Notes under the pieces: generated by a model
What the model saw: the letters and a program-made list of their open reading frames with translations, nothing else
The model's database searches: none
What the model was told of the DNA's origin: nothing
Translations under genes and position numbers: made by a program
Part shown: positions 25,933 to 34,727 of the stretch, in pieces
Numbering within the stretch: the first letter of the stretch is position 1
Layout: each line of letters opens with the position of its first letter
Origin: an uncultured bacterium
GTDB lineage: Bacteria; Pseudomonadota; Gammaproteobacteria; Burkholderiales; JACQAP01
Direction of reading: 5' to 3'
Length of the DNA stretch: 64,000 nt
Assembly (NCBI GenBank): GCA_965233135.1
Contig: CBDDRM010000201.1
Span: 6,580 to 70,579, forward strand

Positions 25933-26802
25933 CTACCAGCGCCCCGACGCCCCGCCGCCTCCGAATCCACCGCCGCCGCCACCGAACCCGCCGCCACCGC
26001 CGAATCCGCCACCGCCGAATCCGCCGCGGCCGAATCCACCGCGGCCAAAGTGGCCTGGCATGCCGCTGCCCCCACCGAGCAAAGTCACCACGAATGCCAG
26101 GAACCCCCCGAGCAGTGCCACCAGAAGGGGTGCAACGATCAACCACGCCAGCAGTCCGATGCCGACACCGACAATCAGCGCGCCGGGCAAACGGCCAAAC
26201 AAGCTGCGCAAGATCGCACCTCCAGCCAATGTCGCGACGGCGAACAACACAAAATATGATTCAAAGGACTTTGCGCCGTTGCCGCCTGGTGCGCGCGTGC
26301 TGACCGGGGGCAAAGCTTCCCCGTCCAACAATTGCATTACCCGATCGACGCCGTTATCAATTCCCGCGTAGAAATTCCCGTCGCGAAACCCTGGAATGAA
26401 CACTTCCTCGATCAGGCGCTTTGCGGTGGCATCCGGAATGATCCCTTCCAATCCGTACCCGACTTCGAGGCGCATGGTTCGATCCGATTTCGCCACGATA
26501 ATGATGAGGCCGTCGCTGACGTCCTTACGGCCGATCTTCCAGGCTTCGGCGACGCGAATGCCGAACGATTCGATAGGCTCGGGAAAAGTCGTTCCCGTCA
26601 GAAACACGACAATCTGACTGCCTTTGCGCTGCTCATATGCACTGAGCTTGGCTTCCAGTGCGCGCTGCTGCTCCGCTGTCAACGTGCCCGTTTCATCGAT
26701 GACGCGACCGGTAAGTGGCGGAATCGGCCGGTCCGCGGCCCACGCAAGCAGGCTGACAAGCAACAGCGCGGCGATCAGCGCCGCCCGCGTGACCACGCTC
26801 AT
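25933..26802 (-). CDS. TPM domain protein (YgcG-like) with TM segments and a Gly/Phe/Arg-rich C-terminal tail
   Basis: 289 aa. Signal peptide, then a TPM domain (VIDETGTLTAEQQRALEAKL...GSQIVVFLTG...IIIVAKSDRTMRLEVGYGLEG), hydrophobic helices, and the tail GHFGRGGFGRGGFGGGGFGGGGGFGGGGGGFGGGGASGRW. Confidence 0.85.
   Translation of the reverse strand: MSVVTRAALIAALLLVSLLAWAADRPIPPLTGRVIDETGTLTAEQQRALEAKLSAYEQRKGSQIVVFLTGTTFPEPIESFGIRVAEAWKIGRKDVSDGLIIIVAKSDRTMRLEVGYGLEGIIPDATAKRLIEEVFIPGFRDGNFYAGIDNGVDRVMQLLDGEALPPVSTRAPGGNGAKSFESYFVLFAVATLAGGAILRSLFGRLPGALIVGVGIGLLAWLIVAPLLVALLGGFLAFVVTLLGGGSGMPGHFGRGGFGRGGFGGGGFGGGGGFGGGGGGFGGGGASGRW
25936..26055 (-). repeat. Low-complexity GGN/TTC coding repeat (Gly-rich tail of the YgcG-like protein)
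   Basis: The plus strand reads as runs of ccgcc(g/a)cc, interrupted four times by gaatcc (Gly-Phe) and once by gaaccc. The mirror strand yields the spurious poly-Pro ORF 25478..26371. Confidence 0.6.
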
Positions 26803-26805
26803 GGG

Positions 26806-27426
26806 TTATTTATCCGGCGCAGGAACAGGAGCAGGTTTGGAAAAATCTACAGTCGGTGGCTTCGATATGGCCTGCTCGTTTTCCACGGCGAACGAAGGCT
26901 TCACGTCATGACCGAACATCATGGCGGTGAGATTGGTCGGAAAAGACCGAACCGTCGTGTTGTATTCTTGCACCGCCCGGATGTAACGCTGACGTGCGAC
27001 CGTAATCCGGTTCTCGGTACCTTCGAGTTGCGCTTGCAAATCACGAAAGTTCGCGTCCGACTTCAGTTGCGGATAGTTCTCCGCGACTACCAGCAGTCGC
27101 GACAGCGCCGAGGTCATCTCTCCCTGTGCCGCCACGAACCTGGCAAAAGCGGCGGGATCGTTTACCAGTTCCGGCGTGGCCTGGATGCTGCCCACCTTGG
27201 CCCGCGCATTGGTAACCCCCAGGAACACTTCCTGCTCCTGTGCAGCGAACGCCTTTACCGTATTGACCAGATTCGGAACCAGATCCGCACGCCGCTGATA
27301 CTGATTGAGCACTTCGCCCCAGGCAGCCTTGATACCTTCGTCCTGAGACTGCAACGTGTTGTACCCACATCCGCCAAGGGCGGATATGCAAAGCAACAAC
27401 AACGACAGCGCGGCAATACGTTTCAT
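26806..27426 (-). CDS. lemA: LemA family protein
   Basis: 206 aa. Lipobox/anchor LLCISALGGC, and GYNTLQSQDEGIKAAWGEVLNQYQRRADLVPNLVNTVK, which is the LemA signature. Confidence 0.9.
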   Translation of the reverse strand: MKRIAALSLLLLCISALGGCGYNTLQSQDEGIKAAWGEVLNQYQRRADLVPNLVNTVKAFAAQEQEVFLGVTNARAKVGSIQATPELVNDPAAFARFVAAQGEMTSALSRLLVVAENYPQLKSDANFRDLQAQLEGTENRITVARQRYIRAVQEYNTTVRSFPTNLTAMMFGHDVKPSFAVENEQAISKPPTVDFSKPAPVPAPDK

Positions 27427-27454
27427 GACATCCTCCGGAAAAGACTGGCGCCCT

Positions 27455-28201
27455 TCACTTGGGGACGGCCGACTTGTGTTTCAAGTCCTTCATGGTTTCA
27501 ACGGCAAAGCACAAATCTTCCCACGACTTTGATTTGTCCGTCAGGTTGCGTAACAGGTACGCCGGATGATAAGTCACGATCACCGGGATGCCCCGATACT
27601 CATGCATGCGACCGCGCAAACTTGCCAGGGACCCCTCGCGTCCGAGCAAGTTTTGCGCCGCCACCTTGCCAAGCGCGACGATGAGCCGCGGCCGGATCAG
27701 CGCAATTTGCCTGCTCAGGTAGGGTTCACACGCCCGCGCTTCGGCCGGCTCCGGCGTGCGGTTGCCCGGAGGACGGCACTTGACGATATTGGCGATATAG
27801 ACGTTCTTTCCGCGGCGCAGCGCAATCGCAGCGAGCATGTTATCGAGCAGCTTGCCGGCCTGGCCAACAAACGGTTCACCGCGTTCGTCTTCCTCCGCGC
27901 CGGGTCCCTCTCCGACAAATAACCACTCCGCTTTCTCATCTCCGACTCCAAGGACGGCCTGTTTGCGGGTCTGATGGAGCGGGCATGCAGTACATGCGGA
28001 TGCGGAAGATCTGAGTTGCGGCCACTCGAGCGCGGCGATCCGCGCGACGCGGGCCTCCGCCGAATCCGCGGCAGGGGCGGAGGGTTGCGCAGTCGGCGCA
28101 TGCACGGCGCTTTGCGCCGCGTCGTCTCGAACCGCGCTGCCGCGACGCACCCAGAGCGGCGATAATCCGAGTTCCTTCAGGATCAAGCTGCGGCGGTTCA
28201 C
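27455..28201 (-). CDS. Uracil-DNA glycosylase, family 4
   Basis: Motifs [23 protein letters not shown] and [10 protein letters not shown]. The start was set to GTG 28201, which overlaps the rimI stop (GTGA) and gives the N-terminus [17 protein letters not shown]. The track ORF (to 28501) would overlap rimI by 300 nt. Confidence 0.85.
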   Translation of the reverse strand: MNRRSLILKELGLSPLWVRRGSAVRDDAAQSAVHAPTAQPSAPAADSAEARVARIAALEWPQLRSSASACTACPLHQTRKQAVLGVGDEKAEWLFVGEGPGAEEDERGEPFVGQAGKLLDNMLAAIALRRGKNVYIANIVKCRPPGNRTPEPAEARACEPYLSRQIALIRPRLIVALGKVAAQNLLGREGSLASLRGRMHEYRGIPVIVTYHPAYLLRNLTDKSKSWEDLCFAVETMKDLKHKSAVPK

Positions 28202-28659
28202 AACGCCATTCCCATCAGGATCGCATCCTCGCGGCCCCTTCCGGCCGGGTAATAGCCGCGCCGCAGCGTGATGTCGCGAAAACCAAACTGGATGTACAGC
28301 CGCCTCGCAGCGTTGTTCGACGGGCGTACCTCGAGAAACATCTGCGCCGCATCGCTCGAGCGCGCGACGCGCACGAAATGTTCCAACAGCATGCGCCCAA
28401 AGCCCCGGCGCTGCCACGGTATTGCCACGCTTAGATTCAGCAAATGAGCCTCCCGCACACCGATCATCAGCACGCCGTAGCCGGCCAGCGCATTCGCGCA
28501 TTCCACGACCCAGCAGCTGTAGCCAGCCGCCAGCGAATCACTGAAATTCCCGCGCGTCCACGGGTGCGCATACAACACGGGCTCCAGTTCCATGACCTGA
28601 TCGAGATCCGCCGGCCGCATTGGCCGGAATTCAGGCAAATTATCGAGAAGCGCACTCAT
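28198..28659 (-). CDS. rimI: Ribosomal-protein-alanine N-acetyltransferase
   Basis: 153 aa GNAT with WQRRGFGRMLLEHF (acetyl-CoA site). Classic position after tsaB, with an ATGA overlap. Confidence 0.85.
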   Translation of the reverse strand: MSALLDNLPEFRPMRPADLDQVMELEPVLYAHPWTRGNFSDSLAAGYSCWVVECANALAGYGVLMIGVREAHLLNLSVAIPWQRRGFGRMLLEHFVRVARSSDAAQMFLEVRPSNNAARRLYIQFGFRDITLRRGYYPAGRGREDAILMGMAL

Positions 28660-29360
28660 CGCTGTTCATGCATTTTAAGGGCGACCTTGTCGCGCACGTA
28701 CACCGGTGCTGCCTGTTCGGGTGGAAGTCCTCCTCCTGCTGCCAACACCGGTAGCGCAAGCCGCGCAATGGCGCGCGCGTGTGGATGCAACGAAGGCGCG
28801 ACGCGTTCGAGCTGCCCTTCGTAGCGCCGGTTGAGTTGCTCGGCGTAGACTGCAAAACCGCTTCCGCAACCCACCCAGCCCATGCCCTGAACCGCCGGTG
28901 CGGCAGATGCAGGCCCCACGCTCGGTCCGATGATCTCACTCCATGGGCCGCCATGCTCGCGCACGTAGGCGGCATGATAAATCTCGCCCATTCTTGCATC
29001 CAGGCATGCGATTACCTTCGACGCGCCAGCTTCCTGCGCCAACGCCAGCAGCGTACCCACTGGAATCACCGGCAACCCTGCGCCATAAGCAAGACCCTGA
29101 GCCACGCCGCAGGCGATTCTGAGGCCCGTGAAAGAGCCAGGCCCGGCTCCAAACGCGACGGCGTCGAGCTGGCCTGGCTCGAGGGCGGCAGCGGCCAGCA
29201 ATTCGTCGATCATGGGCAGGATCAACTCGGAGTGCCTCTGGACGGCGTGCGCCTCGCGGTGCAGGAGTTCTGCGTCGCACAGGAGCGCGGCCGAACAGTA
29301 TTCCGTGGAAGTATCGAGGGCGAGAAGTTTCAATGCTGATCCGCGGCCGGCGGCGGCCAT
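28656..29360 (-). CDS. tsaB: tRNA threonylcarbamoyladenosine biosynthesis protein TsaB
   Basis: 234 aa. LLALDTSTEYCSAAL...GPGSFTGLRIACGVAQGLA is the TsaB/YeaZ signature. Confidence 0.9.
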   Translation of the reverse strand: MAAAGRGSALKLLALDTSTEYCSAALLCDAELLHREAHAVQRHSELILPMIDELLAAAALEPGQLDAVAFGAGPGSFTGLRIACGVAQGLAYGAGLPVIPVGTLLALAQEAGASKVIACLDARMGEIYHAAYVREHGGPWSEIIGPSVGPASAAPAVQGMGWVGCGSGFAVYAEQLNRRYEGQLERVAPSLHPHARAIARLALPVLAAGGGLPPEQAAPVYVRDKVALKMHEQR

Positions 29361-29562
29361 GCGTTAGCGTCATCGGCGCCAGCGGATTCTAGCCGAACGC
29401 AGGCAAATCGCGTTAGTTAGTTATAATCCGAGCATCTCGACCGAATTTGCTGCGTTCTGTCCGTGAGACGGCGCTGTTCTGCGGCCCGCAAGCAAGCACG
29501 GGCGGTCGGCCCTGTTGTGCCGAGTCAGTGTCCCTACAAAACATAATATCCGGAGGTTCGTG

Positions 29563-30843
29563 ATGTTCCGCATGCTACGCCGCCTGGGCGCAATTACTGC
29601 CGTTATCTTGCTGTCGCACACTGCAGCACATGCCGCAGCCGAGAGCCCGCTGCGCATTGGAGTGATTACATTCCTGTCCGGGCCGGCGGCGGGCCCGTTC
29701 GGGGTACCGGCCAAGAACGCCGCCGATTTGCTGGTCGACGCCTTCAACAAGGGCGGCCAGATTCCTGGTTATGAGAAAAAGGGCTTCGGCGGGCGGTCCC
29801 TCGAAGTCATTTATGTCGATGAAGCCGGGGGTCCGACCAAAGTCGTGACCGAATACCGTAACCTGGTTGCGCGCCAGAATGTGGACATAGTGATTGGCGT
29901 CATATCCAGCGGCGACTGTCTTGCCGTGGCGCCGGTTGCCGAGGAACTCAAGAAACTCACCATCCTGTTCGACTGCGCCACAAACCGGATCTTCGAAGAA
30001 GCCTCCTACCGCTATGTCTTTCGCACAACCACCATGGCAACGCAGGAGAACGTCGCCGCCGCGCGATATATTGTCGAGAACCATCCGAATCTAAAAACCT
30101 ATTCTGGTATCAATCCGAACTACGCCTGGGGCCAGGACGCTTGGACCGACTTTTCCGAGAGCATGAAAGTGCTGCTGCCGGCTGCAAAAGCCTCCACCAA
30201 CGTCACACCGAAACTCGGAGCCGGCCAGTACAACACGGAGGTGTCCGCCCTGCTGGGCAGCGATAGCGGAATCATCCAGAATTCTCTGTGGGGCGGCGAT
30301 CTTGAAGCGTTCATCCTGCAGGCAGCCCCGCGTGGCTTGATGTCGCGCACGCCGAACATCATGATCACGGGTGAAACCGTTCTTGAACGCCTTGGCGACA
30401 AGTTACCCGACGGCACGATGATCGGCGCCCGCGGTCCGAACGGCCCCTTCGCACCGCCTACCAGCCTGAACAAATGGTTCCAGAAGGCCTTCAAAGAGCG
30501 ATTCGGCGTGGCACCGGTGTATGCGTCCTACCACCTGGCCACGGCATTCTTCGGCGCGAAGGCGGCGTTCGAGAAAGCCCAGACCGAGCATAAAACCCGC
30601 AGCCCCAGCAACGACCAGATCATCGGTGCGCTGGAGTATCTGAAATTTGAATCCGTCGCCGGAACGGTGGATATGGCCCTCGGCAAAGGCCATCAGGCCG
30701 TGCAGCACGTGCCGTATGGAACGGTCAAGAAAGTCGATGGAAAAGTTACGCTGACCAACATCAAGTACTACCCGCCGAGCCAGATCAGCCCGCCCGACGG
30801 GGTCAAGAGCATCGACTGGATACGCTCCGGTTTCAAACGCTAA
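29563..30843 (+). CDS. Periplasmic substrate-binding protein, Leu/Ile/Val-binding (type I PBP) family; no cognate permease or ATPase nearby
   Basis: From ATG 29563 (SD GGAGG 6 nt upstream). Signal peptide MFRMLRRLGAITAVILLSHTAAHAAAE, then LRIGVITFLSGPAAGPFG...VDIVIGVISSGDCLAVAP. Confidence 0.8.
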   Translation: MFRMLRRLGAITAVILLSHTAAHAAAESPLRIGVITFLSGPAAGPFGVPAKNAADLLVDAFNKGGQIPGYEKKGFGGRSLEVIYVDEAGGPTKVVTEYRNLVARQNVDIVIGVISSGDCLAVAPVAEELKKLTILFDCATNRIFEEASYRYVFRTTTMATQENVAAARYIVENHPNLKTYSGINPNYAWGQDAWTDFSESMKVLLPAAKASTNVTPKLGAGQYNTEVSALLGSDSGIIQNSLWGGDLEAFILQAAPRGLMSRTPNIMITGETVLERLGDKLPDGTMIGARGPNGPFAPPTSLNKWFQKAFKERFGVAPVYASYHLATAFFGAKAAFEKAQTEHKTRSPSNDQIIGALEYLKFESVAGTVDMALGKGHQAVQHVPYGTVKKVDGKVTLTNIKYYPPSQISPPDGVKSIDWIRSGFKR

Positions 30844-30943
30844 AGCGTGATGCAGCAACCAATGCGGGTTAAGCGGGATTCCGCCAGCCCGCTGTGCCCG
30901 GCGCCATGTCCGGGCCCGATTCACCAATTCAGGATCGATTGCA

Positions 30944-31720
30944 ATGGAAATCTCAGTGACCGGGTTGCGCGTACTGATTACTGCCGGCGCGGCCGGTATC
31001 GGCCGCGCCATGACAGATGTGTTTTACAACGCCGGTGCCCGCGTGCATATTTGCGACGTGGTGCAAGGGGCGATCGATGCAACGTTGCGGACCTTCCCGG
31101 ACGTCACGGCTACGCTCGCCGACGTATCTAAACTCGATGATGTGCAGCGCCTGTTTGCCGACATAGAGCGTTGTCTCGGCGGGCTGGATTGCCTGATCAA
31201 TAATGCGGGCATTGCAGGTCCAACCGGCAAAGTCGAGGATATTCCAGTCGAGGAATGGCTACGCTGCATCGATGTGGACATGAACGGCATGTTCTACTGC
31301 ACGCGGCTGGCGATGCCGCTCATCAAGGCGGCCGGCGGAGGCTCGATCATAAACCTTTCGTCCGCTGCCGGACGTCTTGCCTTCCCCTTTCGCACGCCCT
31401 ACTCCGCGGCCAAATGGGGCGTAGTGGGCTACACCAAGAGTCTTTCAATGGAGGCTGGACCCGACAACGTGCGTGTGAACGCCATTCAACCGGGTGTGGT
31501 TGAAGGCGAGCGCATCAATCGCGTGATTGAAGCCAAGGCCAAGGCAGTCGGCATCAGCTTCGAAGAACAGAAGAAAATTGCCCTGGAGCGAGTGTCCATG
31601 CATCGCATGGTCAGCCCCTACGACATCGCAAACATGGGTCTGTATCTTGCCAGCGATGTCGGCAAGAACATTACAGGCCAGGCCATCTCGGTTTGTGCCG
31701 GCGTCGAGATGCTGGGATGA
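30944..31720 (+). CDS. Short-chain dehydrogenase/reductase
   Basis: 258 aa. RVLITAGAAGIGRAM, NNAGI, YSAAKWG (Y-x3-K) and a PGVVEG motif. Confidence 0.85.
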   Translation: MEISVTGLRVLITAGAAGIGRAMTDVFYNAGARVHICDVVQGAIDATLRTFPDVTATLADVSKLDDVQRLFADIERCLGGLDCLINNAGIAGPTGKVEDIPVEEWLRCIDVDMNGMFYCTRLAMPLIKAAGGGSIINLSSAAGRLAFPFRTPYSAAKWGVVGYTKSLSMEAGPDNVRVNAIQPGVVEGERINRVIEAKAKAVGISFEEQKKIALERVSMHRMVSPYDIANMGLYLASDVGKNITGQAISVCAGVEMLG

Positions 31721-31748
31721 ACGCAGTGAGGAACAACCAGGAAACAGC

Positions 31749-32690
31749 ATGGAAAATATAGCAATCATCGGCTCCGGTCTGATCGGTCGGGCATGGGCAA
31801 TGGTGTTCGCGCGTGCCGGGCATCCGGTCAGGCTCTATGACGCGGCACCCGGCGCGGCGCAGAAGGCTCTCACGCTGATCCACGAAGGTCTCGAAGAATT
31901 ACGGGAGTTCGGATTGATCAAGGAAGCAGCGGGCACGGTCGCACAGCGCGTATCTGCTGCGGGCAGCCTGGCGCAAGCGATACAGGGGGCAGATTATGTC
32001 CAGGAGAATACGTCCGAAAATCTGGAAATCAAACGCGCGGTGTACCGTCAGATGGACGAGATCGCGCAGCCACATTGCATACTCGCGAGTTCGACCTCGA
32101 CCATTCAGACTTCTCGCTTCAGCGAGGGCCTGGCGGGAAAGCATCGCTGCATCGTCGCCCATCCCGTGAATCCACCGCATATCGTGCCGATCGTGGAGAT
32201 TTCTCCAGCCCCATGGACGAGCGCCGAGGTGGTCGCCAGGACACGGGCGCTGCATGACAAGGTGGGTCAGGTCGCCATCACCGTCAACAAGGAAATCGAG
32301 GGTTTTATACTGAATCGGCTGCAGGCCGCGCTGCTGCTCGAGGCCTGGCAGCTTGTCAGGGGAGACTACGTTTCGGTCGAGGATCTCGACAAGTGCATCA
32401 AGGATGGACTGGGCTTGCGATGGTCGTTCATGGGACCGTTTGAAACAATCGATCTCAACGCGCCGGGAGGCGTGCCCGACTATGCCAAACGCTATGGGCC
32501 AGTGCTGAAAGGCATGATGAGCAACGTGAAAAGCGATGCGTGGGATGACGCCCTGGTGGCCAAAGTGGATGGCGAGCGCCGCAAACTCATGCCCCAGGAA
32601 GCCCATGCTCAACGCGAAGCCTGGCGTGACCGCAGGCTGATGGCACTGATCGCACATAAACGCGATGCCGCAAAGAAAATCGGCAACTGA
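31749..32690 (+). CDS. NAD-dependent 3-hydroxyacyl-CoA dehydrogenase-fold enzyme (L-carnitine dehydrogenase / lambda-crystallin-like)
   Basis: From ATG 31749 (SD AGGAAA). MENIAIIGSGLIGRAWAMVFARAGHPVRLYD (Rossmann), then HPVNPPHIVPIVEI and the NRLQAALLLEAW 3HCDH C-terminal domain. The track start at 31527 overlaps the preceding SDR. Confidence 0.8.
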   Translation: MENIAIIGSGLIGRAWAMVFARAGHPVRLYDAAPGAAQKALTLIHEGLEELREFGLIKEAAGTVAQRVSAAGSLAQAIQGADYVQENTSENLEIKRAVYRQMDEIAQPHCILASSTSTIQTSRFSEGLAGKHRCIVAHPVNPPHIVPIVEISPAPWTSAEVVARTRALHDKVGQVAITVNKEIEGFILNRLQAALLLEAWQLVRGDYVSVEDLDKCIKDGLGLRWSFMGPFETIDLNAPGGVPDYAKRYGPVLKGMMSNVKSDAWDDALVAKVDGERRKLMPQEAHAQREAWRDRRLMALIAHKRDAAKKIGN

Positions 32691-32712
32691 AACTGCTACC
32701 GGAGAAAACAAA

Positions 32713-33639
32713 ATGGCCAATAAAGTCATCATTACCTGCGCTGTAACCGGCGCCATTCATACGCCTTCGATGTCGCCTCATCTTCCGATCACGCCGGACG
32801 AAATCGCGGATGCCGCCATTGGTGCGGCGAAAGCCGGCGCCGCGATCGTGCACTTGCACGCGCGCGAGCCCAAAGACGGACGCCCGACGCAGGATCCGAA
32901 AATGTTCATGCAGTTCCTGCCGAGGATCAAGGCCGCCAGCGACGTGGTCGTCAATCTCACAACCGGTGGCGCACCGACCATGAGCATAGAGGACCGTTTG
33001 CAACCGGCGCTGCAGCTGCGGCCCGAAGTTGCGTCGCTCAACATGGGATCGATGAACTTCGGGCTTTACGAAATGATCCCGCGCGTAAAGGAATGGAAGC
33101 ACGATTGGGAAAAACCTTACCTGGCAGGATCCGACGACCGCATCTTCAAAAACACGTTCAAGGACATCGCGCATATCCTGCAATCGTGCAGCGACAATGA
33201 CACACGGTTCGAAATCGAGTGTTACGACATCGGCCATCTTTACACGGCCGCGCACTTTCTCGACCGTGGCCTGGTCAAGCCGCCGCTGTTCATCCAATCT
33301 GTATTTGGCATCCGCGGTGGCATCGGCCCGCATCCAGAGGACGTTTTGCATATGCGGCGCACGGCCGAGCGCCTGTTCGGCGACCAGTACCAGTGGTCGG
33401 TGCTGGGCGGGGGGCGCAACCAGATGTATATCGCCACGCAGTCCGCGGTCATGGGCGGCAATGTACGCGTCGGCCTGGAAGACAGCCTCTGGATCGGGAA
33501 GGGCCAGCTTGCAAAAACCAATGCAGACCAGGTCAGCAAGATCCGTCGCATTCTCGAAGAGCTTGGCCTGGAGGTCGCTACACCCGATGATGCGCGCAGG
33601 ATTCTGAAGCTCAAGGGAAAGAACAACGTCAACTTCTAG
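32713..33639 (+). CDS. Beta-keto acid cleavage enzyme (BKACE, DUF849; 3-keto-5-aminohexanoate cleavage enzyme family)
   Basis: From ATG 32713 (SD GGAGA). MANKVIITCAVTGAIHTPSMSPHLPITPDEIADAAIGAAKAGAAIVHLHARE... is the hallmark N-terminus of DUF849 TIM-barrel enzymes. Confidence 0.85.
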   Translation: MANKVIITCAVTGAIHTPSMSPHLPITPDEIADAAIGAAKAGAAIVHLHAREPKDGRPTQDPKMFMQFLPRIKAASDVVVNLTTGGAPTMSIEDRLQPALQLRPEVASLNMGSMNFGLYEMIPRVKEWKHDWEKPYLAGSDDRIFKNTFKDIAHILQSCSDNDTRFEIECYDIGHLYTAAHFLDRGLVKPPLFIQSVFGIRGGIGPHPEDVLHMRRTAERLFGDQYQWSVLGGGRNQMYIATQSAVMGGNVRVGLEDSLWIGKGQLAKTNADQVSKIRRILEELGLEVATPDDARRILKLKGKNNVNF

Positions 33640-33653
33640 CGCAGCTTGATTCG

Positions 33654-34718
33654 ATGAAGACCAACAGAATTGCGGTCATCGCCGGCGACGGCATAGGCAA
33701 GGAAGTCATGCCAGAAGGCGTGCGAGTCCTCGAGGCGGTAGCGGGCAAATTCGGCATCGACCTGGCGTTCGATCATTTCGACTGGAGCTGCGACAATTAC
33801 GACAAGCATGGCTGGTGGATGCCCCCGGACTGGCGGTCGAAAATCGAGCACCACGATTGTATTTTCTTTGGCGCGACCGGGTGGCCTGCAAAAGTTCCTG
33901 ATCACAAGTCTTTGTGGGACTCCCTGATACTGTTCCGGCGCGGCTTCGATCAGTACGTGAACCTGCGCCCGGTGCGTCTCATGCCTGGCATCACGCCGCC
34001 TCTGGCGGGTCGCAAGGTCGGGGATATCGACTATTACGTGGTCCGCGAGAACACCGAAGGCGAGTATTCCTCGGTGGGCGGCCGCTTGTTCGAGGGCACC
34101 GAACGAGAGATGGCAATGCAGCAGTCCATCTTCACGCGCAAAGGCGTAGACCGCATCCTGAAGTTTGCGTTCGAACTCGCCCTGCAGCGACCGCGCAGGC
34201 AGGTGACGTCGGCCACAAAATCCAATGGCATATCCATCACCATGCCTTACTGGGACGAGCGCTTTGCTTCAATGGCTAAAAGCTACCCGCAGGTAAAAAC
34301 CGACCAATATCACATCGACGGACTGACGATCCAGATGGTGCTGAATCCGCAACGCTTCGATGTCATCGTCGCTTCGAACCTGTTCGGCGATATCCTTTCC
34401 GATCTCGGTCCGGCAACTGCAGGAACCATCGGCATCGCCCCTTCGGGCAATATTAACCCGGAGCGTGCGTTTCCTTCGCTGTTCGAACCCGTACATGGCT
34501 CCGCGCCAGATATATTCGGGCGCAGAATTGCCAACCCCATCGGGCAAATCTGGTCGGGCGCCATGATGCTCGACCATCTTGGCTATGCGCCCGCCAGCGC
34601 GGCCATAATCAAGGCAATCGAGCAATGCCTTGCCCAGGGACCGCGCACCCCCGACGTTGGCGGCAAGGCCACCACCGAAGACGTTGGCAAGGCCATTGCC
34701 GCGGCCCTCACCGGGTAA
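33654..34718 (+). CDS. Tartrate dehydrogenase / D-malate dehydrogenase (decarboxylating)-like enzyme of the isocitrate/isopropylmalate dehydrogenase family, paralog 1
   Basis: 354 aa. RIAVIAGDGIGKEVMPEG, VVRENTEGEYS, NLFGDILSDLG and FEPVHGSAPDI. Confidence 0.85.
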   Translation: MKTNRIAVIAGDGIGKEVMPEGVRVLEAVAGKFGIDLAFDHFDWSCDNYDKHGWWMPPDWRSKIEHHDCIFFGATGWPAKVPDHKSLWDSLILFRRGFDQYVNLRPVRLMPGITPPLAGRKVGDIDYYVVRENTEGEYSSVGGRLFEGTEREMAMQQSIFTRKGVDRILKFAFELALQRPRRQVTSATKSNGISITMPYWDERFASMAKSYPQVKTDQYHIDGLTIQMVLNPQRFDVIVASNLFGDILSDLGPATAGTIGIAPSGNINPERAFPSLFEPVHGSAPDIFGRRIANPIGQIWSGAMMLDHLGYAPASAAIIKAIEQCLAQGPRTPDVGGKATTEDVGKAIAAALTG

Positions 34719-34727
34719 CAGGCATCG

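Noticed and set aside
25478-26371. 297-aa + ORF with a striking proline tract (PPPPNPPPPPPNPPPPPNPPPPNPPRPNPPRPK)
   Set aside because: The tract is simply the reverse complement of the Gly-rich tail codons of the YgcG-like gene. The ORF spans two well-supported minus-strand genes.
26332-27684. 450-aa + ORF
   Set aside because: It runs antisense across the TPM, LemA and UDG genes and crosses their intergenic gaps. It has no motifs.
29422-29427. Perfect TATAAT upstream of the binding-protein gene as a called promoter
   Set aside because: There is no acceptable -35 hexamer at 16-18 bp spacing. It is mentioned in the cluster finding only.
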